Positions 1-14,237 are shown, counted from the stretch's first letter. The stretch: 64,000 nucleotides of DNA from Octopus sinensis (GCF_006345805.1 NC_042997.1:195548001-195612000); one strand, 5' to 3'. Program-made: numbers and translations. Notes: generated by a model from the letters alone, not told the origin.

Positions 1-232
1 AAAATGACATATATACAGAAATACATACATAGATACCTAGATACATACATACATACATATATACATACATACATACATACATACATACACACACACATAC
101 ATACATACATGCATACATACACACATACATACATACATACACAGATACACACATACAGACACAGACAGATAAAGAAGCACGTATTGCAGTACACACATAA
201 ACATATATACACAAGCATAAAAATACTCTTAA

Positions 233-266
<34 letters not shown>

Positions 267-420
267 AGAGAGAAGAAGAGAGAGGGGGAGGTATATATAT
301 AATTATATAGATGGATAGAGAGAGAGGTAGGTATATAGATAGGCAGAGAGACAGAGAGTCAGAGGGAGAAGGGGACAGATACAGAGGAGGAATGCACATA
401 CGCGCATGCACACTCACACA
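1..420. repeat. (CATA)n/(CA)n and (GA)n microsatellite block
   Basis: Directly visible TACA and GA tandem repeats; source of the ORFs at 4..318 and 229..447. Confidence 0.95.
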
Positions 421-470
421 TATATGTAACAACACATTTAGGCACATACGTTTTGGTATTTAGACATGCG

Positions 471-856
471 GGTGGAGGCGTTATGGCCCAGTGGTTAGGG
501 CAGCGGACTCGCGGTCGTGGGATCGCGGTTTCGATTCCCAGACCGGGCGTTGTGAGTGTTTAGTGAGTGAAAACACTTAAAGCACCACGAGTCTCTGGCA
601 GGGGCTGGTGGCGAACCTCGCTGTACTCTTTAACCACAACTATCTCTCAATCTTTCTTTCTGTTTCTGTTGTGCCTGTATTTCAAAGAGCCAGCCTTGTC
701 ACACTCTGTGTCAAGTTGAATCTCCCCCGAGAACTATGTTACGGGTACACGTGTCTGTGGAGTGCTCAGCCACTTGCACACTAATTTCACGAGAAGGCTG
801 TTCCGTTGATCGGATCAACTGGAACCCTCGTCGTCGTAACCGACGGAGTGCCGCAA
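471..856 (+). mobile_element. tRNA-derived SINE family S1 (tRNA-Arg-like head; resembles octopus OK/OR-type SINEs)
   Basis: A box TGGCCCAGTGG, B box GGTTTCGATTCC, tail GGAACCCTCGTCGTCGTAACCGACGGAGTGCC; TSD TAGACAYGCG at 461-470 and 857-866; near-identical copies at 28641 and 41491. Confidence 0.9.
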
Positions 857-939
857 TAGACACGCGAACACAAATATACAGTGACATAAGTAGCACACAT
901 AAACACACACATAAAGGCACAAAGAGAGAGAGAGAGGGA

Positions 940-1208
940 GAGAGAGAGTGTGTGTGAGAGAGAGAGAAAGAGAGAGAGATACAGAAAGAGAATCCACACA
1001 CACACACATCACAACACACAAAACACTCGCACACACACACACACACACATATTTATATAACCACATATTTGGGCACATACGCATAAATACATAGACACGC
1101 GAACACAAATATACAGTGACACAAGACACCGCGCCACACACAAGTACGCATACAGATGTACAGAGCAATTCACACAGACACACACTCACGCTCACACACA
1201 CACACACA

Positions 1209-1248
<40 letters not shown>

Positions 1249-1758
1249 ACACACACCGTTGGCCAACATCATTCTTCCTTACACTACTACACACAGAAAG
1301 ATATCCAACGAAGATCGCTAAGAGTAACAGCGACCTTTTACGCAGTACACATCTCTGTCTTACTATTGGTGAAAGACAGAGAGACAGAGAGTCAGAGGGA
1401 CAGAATGTGAAAGACAGATTAGAGAGATAGAGAGAGAAAGAGGGGGGGAGAGAGAGAGAGAGGAGAGAGAGAGGGAGAGAGAGAGAGTGTGTGTGAGAGA
1501 GAGAGAACGAGAGAGAGATACAGAAAGAGAGAATCCACACACACACACACACACATAACACACACAAAACCATCCCCCACACACACACACAACACATATT
1601 TATATAACCACATATTTGGGCACATACGCATAAATACATAGACACGCGAACACAAATATACAGTGACACAGACACTGCGCCACACACAGTACGAATACAG
1701 ATTTACAGAGCAATTCACACAGAACACACATCACGTCACACACACACACACACTCACA

Positions 1759-1805
<47 letters not shown>

Positions 1806-2011
1806 GTTGGCCAACATCATTCTTCCTTACACTACTACAACAGAAAGATATCCAACGAAGATCGCTAAGGTAGTAACAGCGACTTTTACGCAAGAGTACC
1901 ACATCTCTGTCTTACTATTGGTGAAAGACAGAGAGACAGAGAGTCAGAAGGGACAGAATGTGAAAAAGGACAGATTAGAGAGATAGAGAGAGAAAGAAGA
2001 GGGAGAGAGAG

Positions 2012-2065
<54 letters not shown>
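940..2065. repeat. ~550-bp tandem duplication containing CA/GA microsatellites
   Basis: TAGACACGCGAACACAAATATACAGTGACA...CCGTTGGCCAACATCATTC... recurs at ~1092 and ~1638. Confidence 0.9.
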
Positions 2066-2067
<2 letters not shown>

Positions 2068-2280
2068 ATAAAGAAAATAGTGATCTCAATAATCGACTCT
2101 CACCAAAGAAACCTAATTTCAAAGCCACAACTCTTTAGGCCACAATTACACCTTTCTTTCTTTCTTTCTTTCTTTCTTTTTTCTTTCTTTTCTCTCACTC
2201 TCCTTCTCTTCCTTCTTACGTACTCTTACTCTCTCTTTTAGGTATTTTCTTTCATTTTCTTTCATTTTCTGGCCACCAAC

Positions 2281-2281
2281 G

Positions 2282-2348
<67 letters not shown>

Positions 2349-2349
2349 G

Positions 2350-2402
<53 letters not shown>

Positions 2403-2578
2403 ATATTTCTATACTTATGTATGTATCTATATGTCTATCTATTTATGTAACTATCTATTTATATATCAATCAACCTACTTATATGTATGTATGTATGTGT
2501 GTATAGGTAGATTGATAGCTAAATAAATAGTTACATAGATCGGTGGACAGATAGATACATACATGGGTAGCTAAATGG

Positions 2579-2644
<66 letters not shown>

Positions 2645-2762
2645 ATACTCAATTGTAAGTATGTATGTATGTATGTATGTATGTATGTATGTATGTATGT
2701 ATGTATGTATCTATCTATCTATCTACCTACCTACCTACCTACCTACCTACCTGCCTATTTTC

Positions 2763-2811
<49 letters not shown>

Positions 2812-2815
2812 CATC

Positions 2816-2863
<48 letters not shown>

Positions 2864-2930
2864 GTCTGTCTGTCTATCTATCTGTCTGTCTGTCTATCTG
2901 TCTGTCTGTCTGTCTGTCTGTCTGTCAGTC
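2281..2930. repeat. (TCTA)n/(TGTA)n/(CCTA)n/(TCTG)n compound tetranucleotide array
   Basis: Directly visible. Confidence 0.95.
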
Positions 2931-3254
2931 AATCTGTATGTCTGCCTGTCTCTCTGTCCGGCTGCATATCTCTCCTTTTCTTCTCACTTTTCTCTTCTAC
3001 AATAAAACACTGCCCTCCCTCCCTCCCTCCTTCCCTCCCTCCTTCCCTCCGCCCACCTATTTATTTTCTACTCTGTTCAATTCTTCTATCTTATTGCCCA
3101 CACACAAATCTAACATTCCCAGACACTCCGCTCCCCTCTTACCTTAATCCTACCACTCCGATGTCTCTGTCTTTACTCTTACCTCATGCCGAGAGCAAGA
3201 TGTAATGAATAAATGAATAAATCAGACGACCCAGATAGAAAGAAAGAGAGAGAG

Positions 3255-3296
<42 letters not shown>

Positions 3297-3962
3297 AAGA
3301 GGGGGAGAGAAAATAAAGGCAAAAGTAAATAATGGGTTCAGACGATTTTTATCTTCAAACGAAATCAAAATTAAAGTCAGATGTCCAACACTCAGCAACT
3401 TTGATTTGTTTCCTTGGCACTGTACTTGTTTTTCTCCTCCATTTTCTCTCTCCATTTCTCTCTTGAAATTCCCATAATTCTTTGGGTTTAATGAATAAAA
3501 AAGTAAGAAAAAAAAATTCTCTGATTTTCACGAAATGAAATACGTTTTGAGCCAAACCTATCACATTTTTTTAAGCCACAAGGAAAGCATGACATAGTCT
3601 AATTGTTTAGATTTTTTTTCTGCTCTGTTTCTTCTTATTCCTGGTTGTCTTCCAGAGGTCGGAGAATGATGTATTGTATATGGATATTTGGTCATGTGTG
3701 TGTATGTGTGTGTGTAAAAAGATCAGATTTCGAAGCAATTGTACTTTGTACATTGACTACAGGACGTCTGAGAATGAACGCATATATTTTTCTGCAGCTT
3801 TTCCTATTGTTGTTTGTCAATGTCATGGTTGTTGTTGTTGTTCTTCTTCTTTAATCTAAGGTCATTTCTACTCGAACAGACCTATCTATGACCACAAGCG
3901 CTCCAAAAATGGCTATCCATCTTTTTCCTTCCCATACAAGTCTATCTATCACTCCAGAGAGA

Positions 3963-4563
3963 AGGCGGCGAGCTGGCAGAAACGTTAGCACGTCGGGCGA
4001 AATGCTTACGGCTGCCATTACGTTGTGAGTTCAAAGGTTGACTTTGCCTTTCATCCTTTCGGGGTCGATAAATTAAGTACCAATTACGCACTGGGGTCGA
4101 TGTAATCGACTTAATAGGTTTGTCTGTCCTTTTTTGTTCTCTCTGTGTTTAGCCCCTTGTGGGTAGTAAAGAAATAGGAATTTCGTCTGCCGCTACGTTC
4201 TGAGTTTAAATTCTGCCGAGGTCGACATTGCCTTTCATCTTTTCGGGTTAGATAAATCAAGTACCAATTACGTCCTGGGGTCGATATAATCGACATAATC
4301 CGTTTGTCTGTCCTTGTTTGTCCTCTCTGTGTGTAGCCCCTTGTGGGCAGTAAAGAAATAAGAAACGTTAGCACGTCGGGCGAAATGCTTAGCGGTATTT
4401 CGTCCGTTTTTACGTTCTGAGTTCAAATTCCGCCGAGGTTGACTTTGCCTTTCATCCTTTCGGGGTCGATAAATAAGTACCAGTTGAGTGCTGGGGTCGA
4501 TTTAATCGACTGGCCCCACTCCCCAAAAATGTCGGGCCTTGTGCCTAGAGCAGAAAAGATTAT
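3963..4563 (+). mobile_element. SINE family S4 (tRNA-like head plus Meta/MESC-like core), trimeric/nested
   Basis: Head GGCGGCGAGCTGGCAGAAACG, B box GAGTTCAAATTCC, core GCCTTTCATCCTTTCGGGGTCGATAAATTAAGTACCA three times; the core-domain name is from recalled resemblance. Confidence 0.85.
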
Positions 4564-4980
4564 TGTTCCAGACAGATTTCTTAAAGGTTGTAAAATGGGA
4601 TAAGTCAGACTCTTGCTGGATTACTGGAACTGTACAGTCATCAAACCAGATGCTTTGCAGTATTTGGACTGGCTCTTTGCTTTCTGAGTTCAAACCCTGG
4701 CATTGCTTACATGGTTGGTATAGGTTGGTATAAACTTGAGCCAGACCTCGGTTTTGAGGATATCTTCCTCCCTCTCCTCATCAACCACTGAAATCTTGTA
4801 ACGAGTCGTAGGGGCTTGCCCCCTCGCTGACTATAAAGGAAACATAGTTTAATCAACCATATAGATGCTCTCTCAATTACCACATAGTACTATCAGAGGT
4901 CGTCCTCAAATTTCCCGTTGTCTTCCTAGTTACTAAAACATTAAGTGTTATCTTGTGTTCCCTGCTAATACAGGTTGACA

Positions 4981-5194
4981 TACGAGGGGGCGCAGAAAAG
5001 TTCTTAGCTTTAAGGCTTGTTGGAGGCTCAACCTTCTGAGTTCTTTTAAACTTTTAGAAAAACTGAAGGACCGCTGTAATAAGTGTGTGAATCAGAGAGG
5101 GGAATATGGGAATACGTTGAATAGAATCATAATTAACTGATTCTCTTGTATATTCTTATTCCCTAAACCAGGAACTTTTCAGCATCTCCTCGTA
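4981..5194 (+). mobile_element. Non-autonomous mariner (MITE-like)
   Basis: TA-CGAGGGG...CCTCG-TA termini; interior encodes a mariner C-terminus (LEKLKDRCNKCVNQRGEY); second copy at 53979. Confidence 0.85.
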
Positions 5195-5200
5195 GTTCGT

Positions 5201-5409
5201 TTACTCTCTTTTACTTGTTTCAGTCATTTGACTGCGGTCATGCTGGAGCACTGCCTTTAATCGAGCAACTCGACCCCGGGACTTATTCTTTTTGTAAGCC
5301 CAGTACTTACTCTATCGTTGTCTTTTGCCGAACCGCTAAGTAACGGGGACATAAACACACCAGCATCGGTTGTCAAGCAATGCTAGGGGGACAAACACAG
5401 ACACAAACA

Positions 5410-5445
<36 letters not shown>

Positions 5446-5452
5446 CATATGT

Positions 5453-5521
<69 letters not shown>

Positions 5522-5684
5522 GACGGGCTTTCTTTCAGTTTCCGTCTACCAAATCCACTCACAAGGCTTTGGTCGGCCCGAGGCTATAGCAGAAGACACT
5601 TGCCCAAGGTGCCACGCAGTGGGACTGAACCCGGAACCATGTGGTTGGTAAACAAGCGACTTAGCACACAGCCACTCCTGCGCC
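5201..5684 (-). mobile_element. SINE family S3 (tRNA head, CORE-like segment, internal (TA)n/(TG)n, TAAAAGAG tail)
   Basis: Minus strand GGCGCAGGAGTGGCTGTGTG...GGTTCAGTCCC...ACCTTGGGCAAGTGTCTT...GACTGAAACAAGTAAAAG; more than 10 copies in the window. Confidence 0.9.
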
Positions 5685-5729
5685 TGCGTTTGCTTAAGTA
5701 TTTTTCATATCTAAAGTAATATCTGGATA

Positions 5730-6150
5730 ACCGGCTTTAGTGTCTATCCTCACCTATGGTGATGAATATTGTGTAATAACCGAAAGAATTTGATCGCAAA
5801 TACAAGGGGCCGAAATTGAATTCCTCTGAAGGATCTCTGGAGAGTAACGTTACATAACAGGGTAGCTCGAAGATCAGGGTATCTCCCAGGCTGAGCAACT
5901 TCTCATTGAGAGGTCAGTACGATGGATACGTGTTTAAAATGTTGTTAGGAAGAATCATGAGGTGAATTCTGCAAGTTGAGATGGTTGGATCATATCCATG
6001 GTTTCAATTAATAACGTTTGAGAATTCAACCAGAAAGTGTAATGATATTTGCTTTTTACAGGACCCAACTGAGGAGGTATCTGAGGATTTTACCTACACT
6101 ACTCTCCTAGGAATAAACAGCGGAGAAAATAAATGGATGTATGAATGGAC
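5730..6150 (+). pseudogene. Degraded RTE-clade LINE ORF fragment
   Basis: Translates to LVSILTYGDEYCVITERI*SQIQGAEIEFL*RISG, matching the RTE post-RT motif (ILTYGxExW...AEMxFLRRI). Confidence 0.7.
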
Positions 6151-6305
6151 AAAGACCCAGAAACCGATGATTTTGTTTGAATCACAAAGAACTTGTGAAT
6201 TCTCTTTGTCGCTGAATTCTTTGAACTAAAGTTAAACGAATTAATAATATTTCAAAGACAATACGGTATTATTTCTCGTGGTCAAAATTTGATGACTTTA
6301 AGCTG

Positions 6306-6699
6306 TCTTTTCTATTCTAGGCACAAGGCTCGAAAGTTTTGGGAGGGGGACAGTTGATTAGATCGACCCCAGTATACAACTGGTACTTATTTAATCGACC
6401 CCGAAAGGATGAAAGGCAAAGTCGACCTCGGCGGAATTTGAACTTAGAACGTAGCGGCAGACGAAATACCTATTTCTTTACTACCCACAAGCGCTAAACA
6501 CAGGAGGGACAAACAAGACAGACAAACGGATTAAGGCGATTATATCGACCCCAGTGCGTAACTGGTACTTATTTAATCGGTCCCGAATGGATGAAAGGCA
6601 AAGTCAACCTCGGCGGAATTTGAACTCAGAACGTAGTGGCAGACGAAATACCGCTACGCATTTAACCCGGCGTGCTAACAATTCTGCCAGATTGCCGCC
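6306..6699 (-). mobile_element. S4 SINE dimer
   Basis: Head at 6699; two core copies joined at AAGAAATA|GGTATTTCGTC. Confidence 0.9.
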
Positions 6700-6857
6700 C
6701 TGTTAAGCTGTTAAGATTGTAAAGAAACTTGTGAGAAAATGCGTGGCACCTTGGGAAAGTGTCTTCTACTATAGCCTCGGGCCGACCAAAGCCTTGTGAG
6801 TGGATTTGGTAGACGGAAACTGAAAGAAGCCCGTCGTATATATGTATATATATATGT

Positions 6858-7730
6858 TATGTGTGTGCTTGTATAAAATAAGCGTGTACAAATCTTGTAT
6901 TTTGAGCACATTCTTATATGGGACAGAAGCACGGACTTCCTACTACAGACATATAAGGAAACTTGAAACCTTTCACATGTGTTGTATGGGCAACATCTGC
7001 AACATAAAATGGCAAGATATCAAATGCCAAAATCTTAGAAAAATGGGATATCTCCACTATCAAAGGCATGCTGCTTAGAATTCAGTGCAGATGTGTCGGA
7101 CATGCTGTTTGAACGAAAGATGACCGCATTCCGTAAATTCTTCTGCATGGTCAACAAGTAGACGGTGGAGGCGCATGGCTTAGTGGTTAAGGTGTTGGAC
7201 TCATGATCGTAAGGTTGTGGTTTCGATTCCTGGATCGGGCGATGCGTTGTGTTCTTGAGCAAAACACTTCATTTCACCTTGCTCCAGTTCACTCAAAAAT
7301 GAGTAATCCTGCGACGGACTGGCGTCCTGTCCAGGTGGGGAATTTCTACGTCACTGAAACCGGGAAATTGGTCCTTATGAGCCTGGCATGGCTTGAGAAG
7401 GAACATTTATTTATATTCTTTTTAACAAGTAGACGGACACCGCGGTAAGGCAAGGCCCTTAGATATAAGGGTAAGCCGAAGCAATCACTTAAGTCTCTAC
7501 AGCTTAATTTGATATCATGGGAAAGACATTGTCTAGATCACTCTGCATGGTGTAAAATGTGTCGTGATGCCTCAGAGCAATTTGAGTTGAAGAAACAGAA
7601 CAATAAAAGAATTATATCCTGCAACCAACAAACCAATTTACCTAATCCCTGTCAAGATCAAAACCATCAGTGTCTCCATTGTTCCTCATAGCAAAATCCA
7701 TTCTTGGACTCAAATTACATTCACGCATCT
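6858..7730 (+). pseudogene. Degraded RTE-clade LINE C-terminal region, split by a SINE
   Basis: KISVYKSCILSTFLYGTEARTSYYRHIRKLETFHMCCMGNICNIKWQD...KDDRIP...ISWERHCLDHSAW, typical of the RTE C-terminus; contains stops and frameshifts. Confidence 0.85.
7166..7423 (+). mobile_element. SINE family S2 (tRNA head plus CORE-like TGTGTYCTTGAGCAARACACTT)
   Basis: A box TGGCTTAGTGG, B box GGTTTCGATTCC; TSD AACAAGTAGACGG at 7153-7165 and 7424-7436. Confidence 0.9.
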
Positions 7731-7740
7731 ATCGCAAATA

Positions 7741-8153
7741 TTTTTCTTTACTACCCACAAGGGGCTAAACACAGAGAGGACAAACAAGGACAGACAAAAG
7801 GATTAAGTCGATTACATCGACCCCAGTGCGTAACTCGTACTTAATTTATCGACCCCGAAAGGATGAAAGGCAAAGTCGACCTCGGCGGAATTTGAACTCG
7901 GAACGTAACGGCAGACGAAATACCTATTTCTTTATTACCCACAAGGGGCTAAACACAGAGGGACAAACAAGGACAGACATAGGTATTAATCGATACATCG
8001 ACCCCAGTGCGTAACTGGTACTTAATTTATCGACCCCGAAAGGATGAAAGGCAAAGTCGACCTCGGCGGAATTTGAACTCGGAACGTAACGGCAGACGAA
8101 ATACCGCTAAGCATTTCGCTCGGCGTGCTAACGATTCTGCCAGCTCGCCGCCT
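7741..8153 (-). mobile_element. S4 SINE dimer
   Basis: Two ~183-bp units; TSD CATCTATCGCAAATA at 7726-7740 and ~8156-8170. Confidence 0.92.
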
Positions 8154-8807
8154 TACATCTATCGCAAATAGTTGCAGCTTCTTTTCTTCTTATATTTTTG
8201 AAGTTTTCTTCTTTTATTCTTTTTCTCACTTTTTTTCTTTTTTTCTTTAAATTCTCTCCTTCAAACACCCATTCATCGAAATCGACGGAAGTGACCATCA
8301 TAATTATTTGGAGAAGCGTTAGGGGGTAAAAAAAAATGCCTTGTGTAATTTCTTCCGGTTCTTCACGCCTGAGTTCGAATTCCACAGAGATCAACATTGC
8401 CTTTTATACTTTCGGATTCGATAAAATAAAAGATCAATTAAGTAATAGAGTCGAAGGTATTGACTAACCCTTCCGCTCAAAATTTCTCGCTCTGCACCAA
8501 AATATGATACTTTCCTTCTTCATTGGATAAGTTCATCGGAGGAGTAAAGTTGAACACAATCATATTTGAACTGAGAACATGAAAAGACCTATCTAAATAA
8601 GACAAGATCTTTTAACCTGAGGCTCTAACGATTCTGCCAGACCACAACAACCCCCCCCCCAAATATTTCCAACGTAGACACAACAACAGCCATATTTTTC
8701 TTTTATTAGAGTGTTATCGATCATATCGATCAGCAGGTACTTTATTTTATCGATTCCTTGGGAAGATGAAAAAAAAATAAAATAGAAAAACGAAAACGAA
8801 TGTCGAA

Positions 8808-8819
8808 GTAATAATGATG

Positions 8820-8877
<58 letters not shown>

Positions 8878-8941
8878 GTATCATCATATAATAATAACAA
8901 CAATAATAGTAATAATAATAATAATAATAATAATATTAATG

Positions 8942-9000
<59 letters not shown>

Positions 9001-9181
9001 TAATGATGTTATATACATACACATACATACATACGCATACACACATGTATACATATTTGTACATAAATACATACACACACAAGGATAAAAAAATGATAAT
9101 AGTAACAAAAATAACTACATTAGTAATTTCAAGAATAATAATAGTAATAATAATGATAACAATCACAATCATAATGATGAC

Positions 9182-9240
<59 letters not shown>

Positions 9241-9248
9241 CGACGGTA

Positions 9249-9294
<46 letters not shown>

Positions 9295-9592
9295 CGACGG
9301 TGATGATGATGATGATATGATGATGATGATGATGATGATAACGCTGATGATGATGATGATGAGGATGATGATGATGATGATGAATGACGATGACTGATGA
9401 TGATGATGATGATGATGATGGTGATGATGACGATGATGATGATGATGATGATATGATGACGACACGGTATGATGATGATGATGATGATGATGATGACGAC
9501 GACGACGATGATGATATGATGATGATGATGATGATGATAGATAATGATGATGATATGATGATGTGATATGATGATGATGATGATATGATGAT
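8808..9592. repeat. (TAA)n and (GAT)n trinucleotide arrays
   Basis: Directly visible; source of the polyM/H/S/D ORFs. Confidence 0.95.
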
Positions 9593-9894
9593 TGAAGCTG
9601 TAATTGAATTGGTTTGAAACCAAGTAGTAAGAAATGTGATTGTAATAATCTCATTGAAAATTTCCTGTTATCAATTTAACTTAACTTTGATTTCATAGAG
9701 TCAACGGTGACCTACTCACAATCCAAGAGCAGAGACATTTTAAAAAAAAATTTTGATTATTATATTAAATCTTTTATCAATTAATCCACTTAATCTTTCT
9801 CTTAAATGTGTGTGTGTGTGTGTATACACAAACATACATACACATACACACACACACATACATACATATATACATAATACATACATATATATAT

Positions 9895-10757
9895 ATGTAT
9901 GTATGTACACTTGTATATATATTTGTATCTATATATCTTTTATACCTGTCTGCCTGTCTGTCTGTCTGTCTGTCTGTCTATCTCTCTCTATATATATACG
10001 TGTAGATAAATATATAGATATAAATACACACACACACGCACACACATATGTATGTACACTTCTATATATATATATATTTATATTTTATATGTATCTCTCT
10101 CTCCGCCACCTCTCTTTCTCTCTCTCTATATATATACATATACGTGTAGATAAATATATGAATATATATACATACATATATATATTTATATACATACAGT
10201 ATGCATATATAGGTACTCATATATATATGTATATATGTCTGTATATATGTATTGTATGTATGTATGTATGTATGTATGTATGTATGTATATATATATATA
10301 TACATACATACATACATACATGCACATACATACATGTATACATATTTGTATATAAATACATACACATACATAGACGGAGCTCTGAGAGTTATGCATTAAA
10401 GAGACAGACATGTACACACACACTCACACACACAGACATACACACACACACTCACACACACAGACATACACCCAACACACACCACACAGACATACACACA
10501 CACACACACAACACACACACACACACACAACATATATATATATATATGTATGTAAACTTGTATATATATTTGTATCTATATATCTTTTATACCTGTCTGC
10601 CGTCTGTCTGTCTCTCTGTATCTCTCTCTCTCTATATATATATATACGTGTAGATAAATATATAGATATAAATACACACACACACGCACACACATATGTA
10701 TGTACACTTCTATATATATATATATTTATATTTTATATGTATCTCTCTCTCCGCCAC

Positions 10758-10788
<31 letters not shown>

Positions 10789-11116
10789 CATATACGTGTA
10801 GATAAATATATGAATATATATATACATACATATATATATTTATATACATACAGTATGCATATATAGGTACTCATATATAAATGTATATATGTCTGTATAT
10901 ATGTATTGTATGTATGTATGTATGTATGTATGTATGTATGTATATATATATATACATACATACATACATACATGCACATACATACATGTATACATATTTG
11001 TATATAAATACATACACATACATAGACGGAGCTCTGAGAGTTATGCATACAAAGAGACAGACATGTACACACACACTCACACACACAGACATACACACAC
11101 ACACTCACACACACAG

Positions 11117-11158
<42 letters not shown>

Positions 11159-11185
11159 TATATATATATATATATATATACAGTA
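9895..11185. repeat. ~650-bp tandem duplication of microsatellite-rich DNA
   Basis: Unique markers CCGCCACCTC and GACGGAGCTCTGAGAGTTATGCAT each occur twice about 650 bp apart. Confidence 0.9.
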
Positions 11186-11824
11186 TATCTCTAATTACTT
11201 TTGATTTCATTTTTAGTACCCCAACCCCAGAAAAAAATAACTTTAAAAATTAACGAACAAAAAATTTCCAATAAAACTTTCCATTCTCAACGAACGCCTT
11301 AAGCCCGCCTCATCGTCACCGTCTGCACCTCCCCCCGCTACGCCCGATCACAAAAATTTGACAGTCTCATCAAGAATTGAAGCTTAAAACATTTCTGGCC
11401 TACTTAAGTGCTAAGCAACACTAGCTATTTATATAAAATGTATGTAAATTTTAAAATACATACACACACATATATATAAAACAAAACAAGAACAAAAGAA
11501 AAATATATTATTACATTGAAGTCGTTTTGAAATCCCAGAGAAAGAGGCGTTGTCATTAACGTTGTGATTTAATGATATAAAAAACTATATATAATTTTTT
11601 ACATAGAATTATTCAGAAAGCGGCAGACATTGTTGTATAGGTGTAAACTTTTGAGGAATTTAGTTCCTCTCTTTTATGTTATAATATTGTAGAATATCTC
11701 TACATCTACGCCATTTTGGTTTTTGTTGTACTTCGTTTCGTTAATTTTCTTTTCGTTCACACTGTTCTCTATTTTTTCTTTCTATTCTCCTTCCTTTCGT
11801 TCTTGTTTCGTCTTTTGCTTTTCT

Positions 11825-12026
11825 TTTACCCCTCTTGTTTCAGTCGTTAGGCTACGGCCATGCTGGTGCACTACCTTGAAAGAGATTTCAGTCGAACAAA
11901 ATCGACCCCAGAACTTATGGCTCGATAAAGAGTGATTCTTATTCTATTGGTAAGTTTTGCCGAATCGCTAAATTAAAATTACGGAGACGTAAACAAACCA
12001 ACACTGGTCGTCAAGTGGTGGCAGGA

Positions 12027-12125
<99 letters not shown>

Positions 12126-12281
12126 ACGTACGTACGTACAACGACTTTGAATTCAGTTTTCGTCTCCGAAGCACACTCAAAGAAATGAGTAGGTCTGGGG
12201 CTATAGTAGAAGGCACTTGATCAGGATACCACGCAGTGGTTGCAAAGCAAGTTTCTTAACCACACAGTCATGACTACACCC
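11825..12281 (-). mobile_element. Diverged S3 SINE with expanded internal (CA)n
   Basis: Similar to the S3 tail (11825-12030) and head (12140-12281). Confidence 0.75.
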
Positions 12282-12600
12282 ATATACGTAAAGTATTTTG
12301 AAAGGCAAACCACTTCGAGCTGTTAAGTAATGAAAATAAAACGAACAAAGGGCCAACCAATATCTTATTTATTTATTGCCCACAAGAGGCTAAACATGGA
12401 GGGGACAAACGGATTAAGTCGATTAGATCGACCCCAGTGCGTAAAATCCGATGCAGCACGGATTTTTGTCAGTGAACAGGTCGCGGTCTTAAAGCGACGA
12501 AAATATTTTGACAAATTAAACTTAAATGTTGAAGTGAATCGAACGGCTTTTGTGTGTTTTCTTAGAGTGGCTTACAAACACCTTCCACGCTGCAATTATA

Positions 12601-12632
<32 letters not shown>

Positions 12633-12690
12633 GATATGTAGTTTGTGTGTGTGTGCGAGCGTGTGTGCGTGTGCATGCATGTAAATATAC

Positions 12691-12774
<84 letters not shown>

Positions 12775-12782
12775 TATATATA

Positions 12783-13026
12783 TCTGTAAATGTCCATAAT
12801 ATTAGGACCATGATAAAACTCCGAGTTTCGGGTGCCGAGGTGTGGAATCCACGACGCCATCTCTTCAGTTATCCAGCTATCGGAAAAATGCTATGAAAAA
12901 TCCAAAACTCGCAGTTTTATCATAGCTACTGAATAGTTGTCACATATTACATTTACAAATAAATTCCTCTATTTACATAATATCGAGGTCTCTTTCATTC
13001 TTTTGTTGTCTTACCATTTTTATCAA
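12783..13026. mobile_element. Penelope-like pLTR remnant with inverted duplication
   Basis: Same family as 53488-53933; flanked by (TA)n and (CA)n. Confidence 0.75.
12812..12873 (-). ncRNA. Type I hammerhead ribozyme motif
   Basis: Minus strand GATAA-CTGAAGA-[stem II]-GAA ACTC G GAGT T-TTATC; stem I GATAA/TTATC. Confidence 0.75.
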
Positions 13027-13044
13027 CACACACACACACACACA

Positions 13045-13094
<50 letters not shown>

Positions 13095-13685
13095 GTATAT
13101 ATACAAATGTGCGTGTATGTGTACGTGGGTGTGTGAGTGTGTTTGTACGTGGTGTGTGTATGTCTATGTGTTTGTCACCCACTGCCTGACAGCCGGCGTT
13201 GGTCTGATTGCGTCCCCTTAACTTCGCAACTCGGATAAAGAAATAAGCAGAATAAGTATCAGGCTTTAACAGACCCACCCCACACCAGGAAAACGCTGGG
13301 GACGATTAACTAGACCAAAAACCTTTAATAATACCAACCTCCCAATAAGTAATCCTTACAAGCTACTTACATTCAGCCAGGAGTTGAAATCCGCTGACCA
13401 GCAAACGTCACCATGAGAAAGAGAAAACAGCTATACTGATTTAATGAGAGACCTGTAAATATTATAGCATGCTTTCCAAAGCTCTTCCACGGGTTTCGGC
13501 CACCTGATACTATCATGCAGTAGGACGTCTCATCTTATTAAGACATACATGTTGAAATCTGCGAGTATCCGTAGAGTACTCTACTTACATAGATACCGAC
13601 GCACATATGGTGCGCACAAACACATGCCCACTAACATATACACACATACAAACACACACCCATATGATTATGTACAATAAAAATA

Positions 13686-13727
<42 letters not shown>

Positions 13728-14194
13728 TATATGTATACATACACATACATATACATACGTACGTACATACATATATAGAGATATTATACATATATAATAT
13801 ATATATATATATAAATATATTAATATATATATTATATAATATATATATATAATTATATATATATATATATTGTATATATATATTATATATAATATATATA
13901 TAGATTATTATATAATATCTAATATATATATATATTAATTATATATATATAAACTCGAGTCCGTGTGTATCATAAGTTGAAGACGGGAAGGATGGCTTCC
14001 TTCGCAAATACTGATAGGGCACAGAAAGTGTGTCTATAGCTAGCTGAAGGAGGTGTCCTGCTGGGGCTACAAACTACAGTAGCATCCACCCTTAGGGGTT
14101 AGCCATATTCAAATGGTAAATATACGTCACGATGTGTTGCTGCTACTGTTTATAACTCTCTCTGAGATTTATCATTGTTATACACTCACACACA

Positions 14195-14237
<43 letters not shown>

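Noticed and set aside
471-550. tRNA-like sequences at SINE heads as tRNA genes
   Set aside because: Acceptor stems are not intact, and each continues into a SINE body, usually with a TSD
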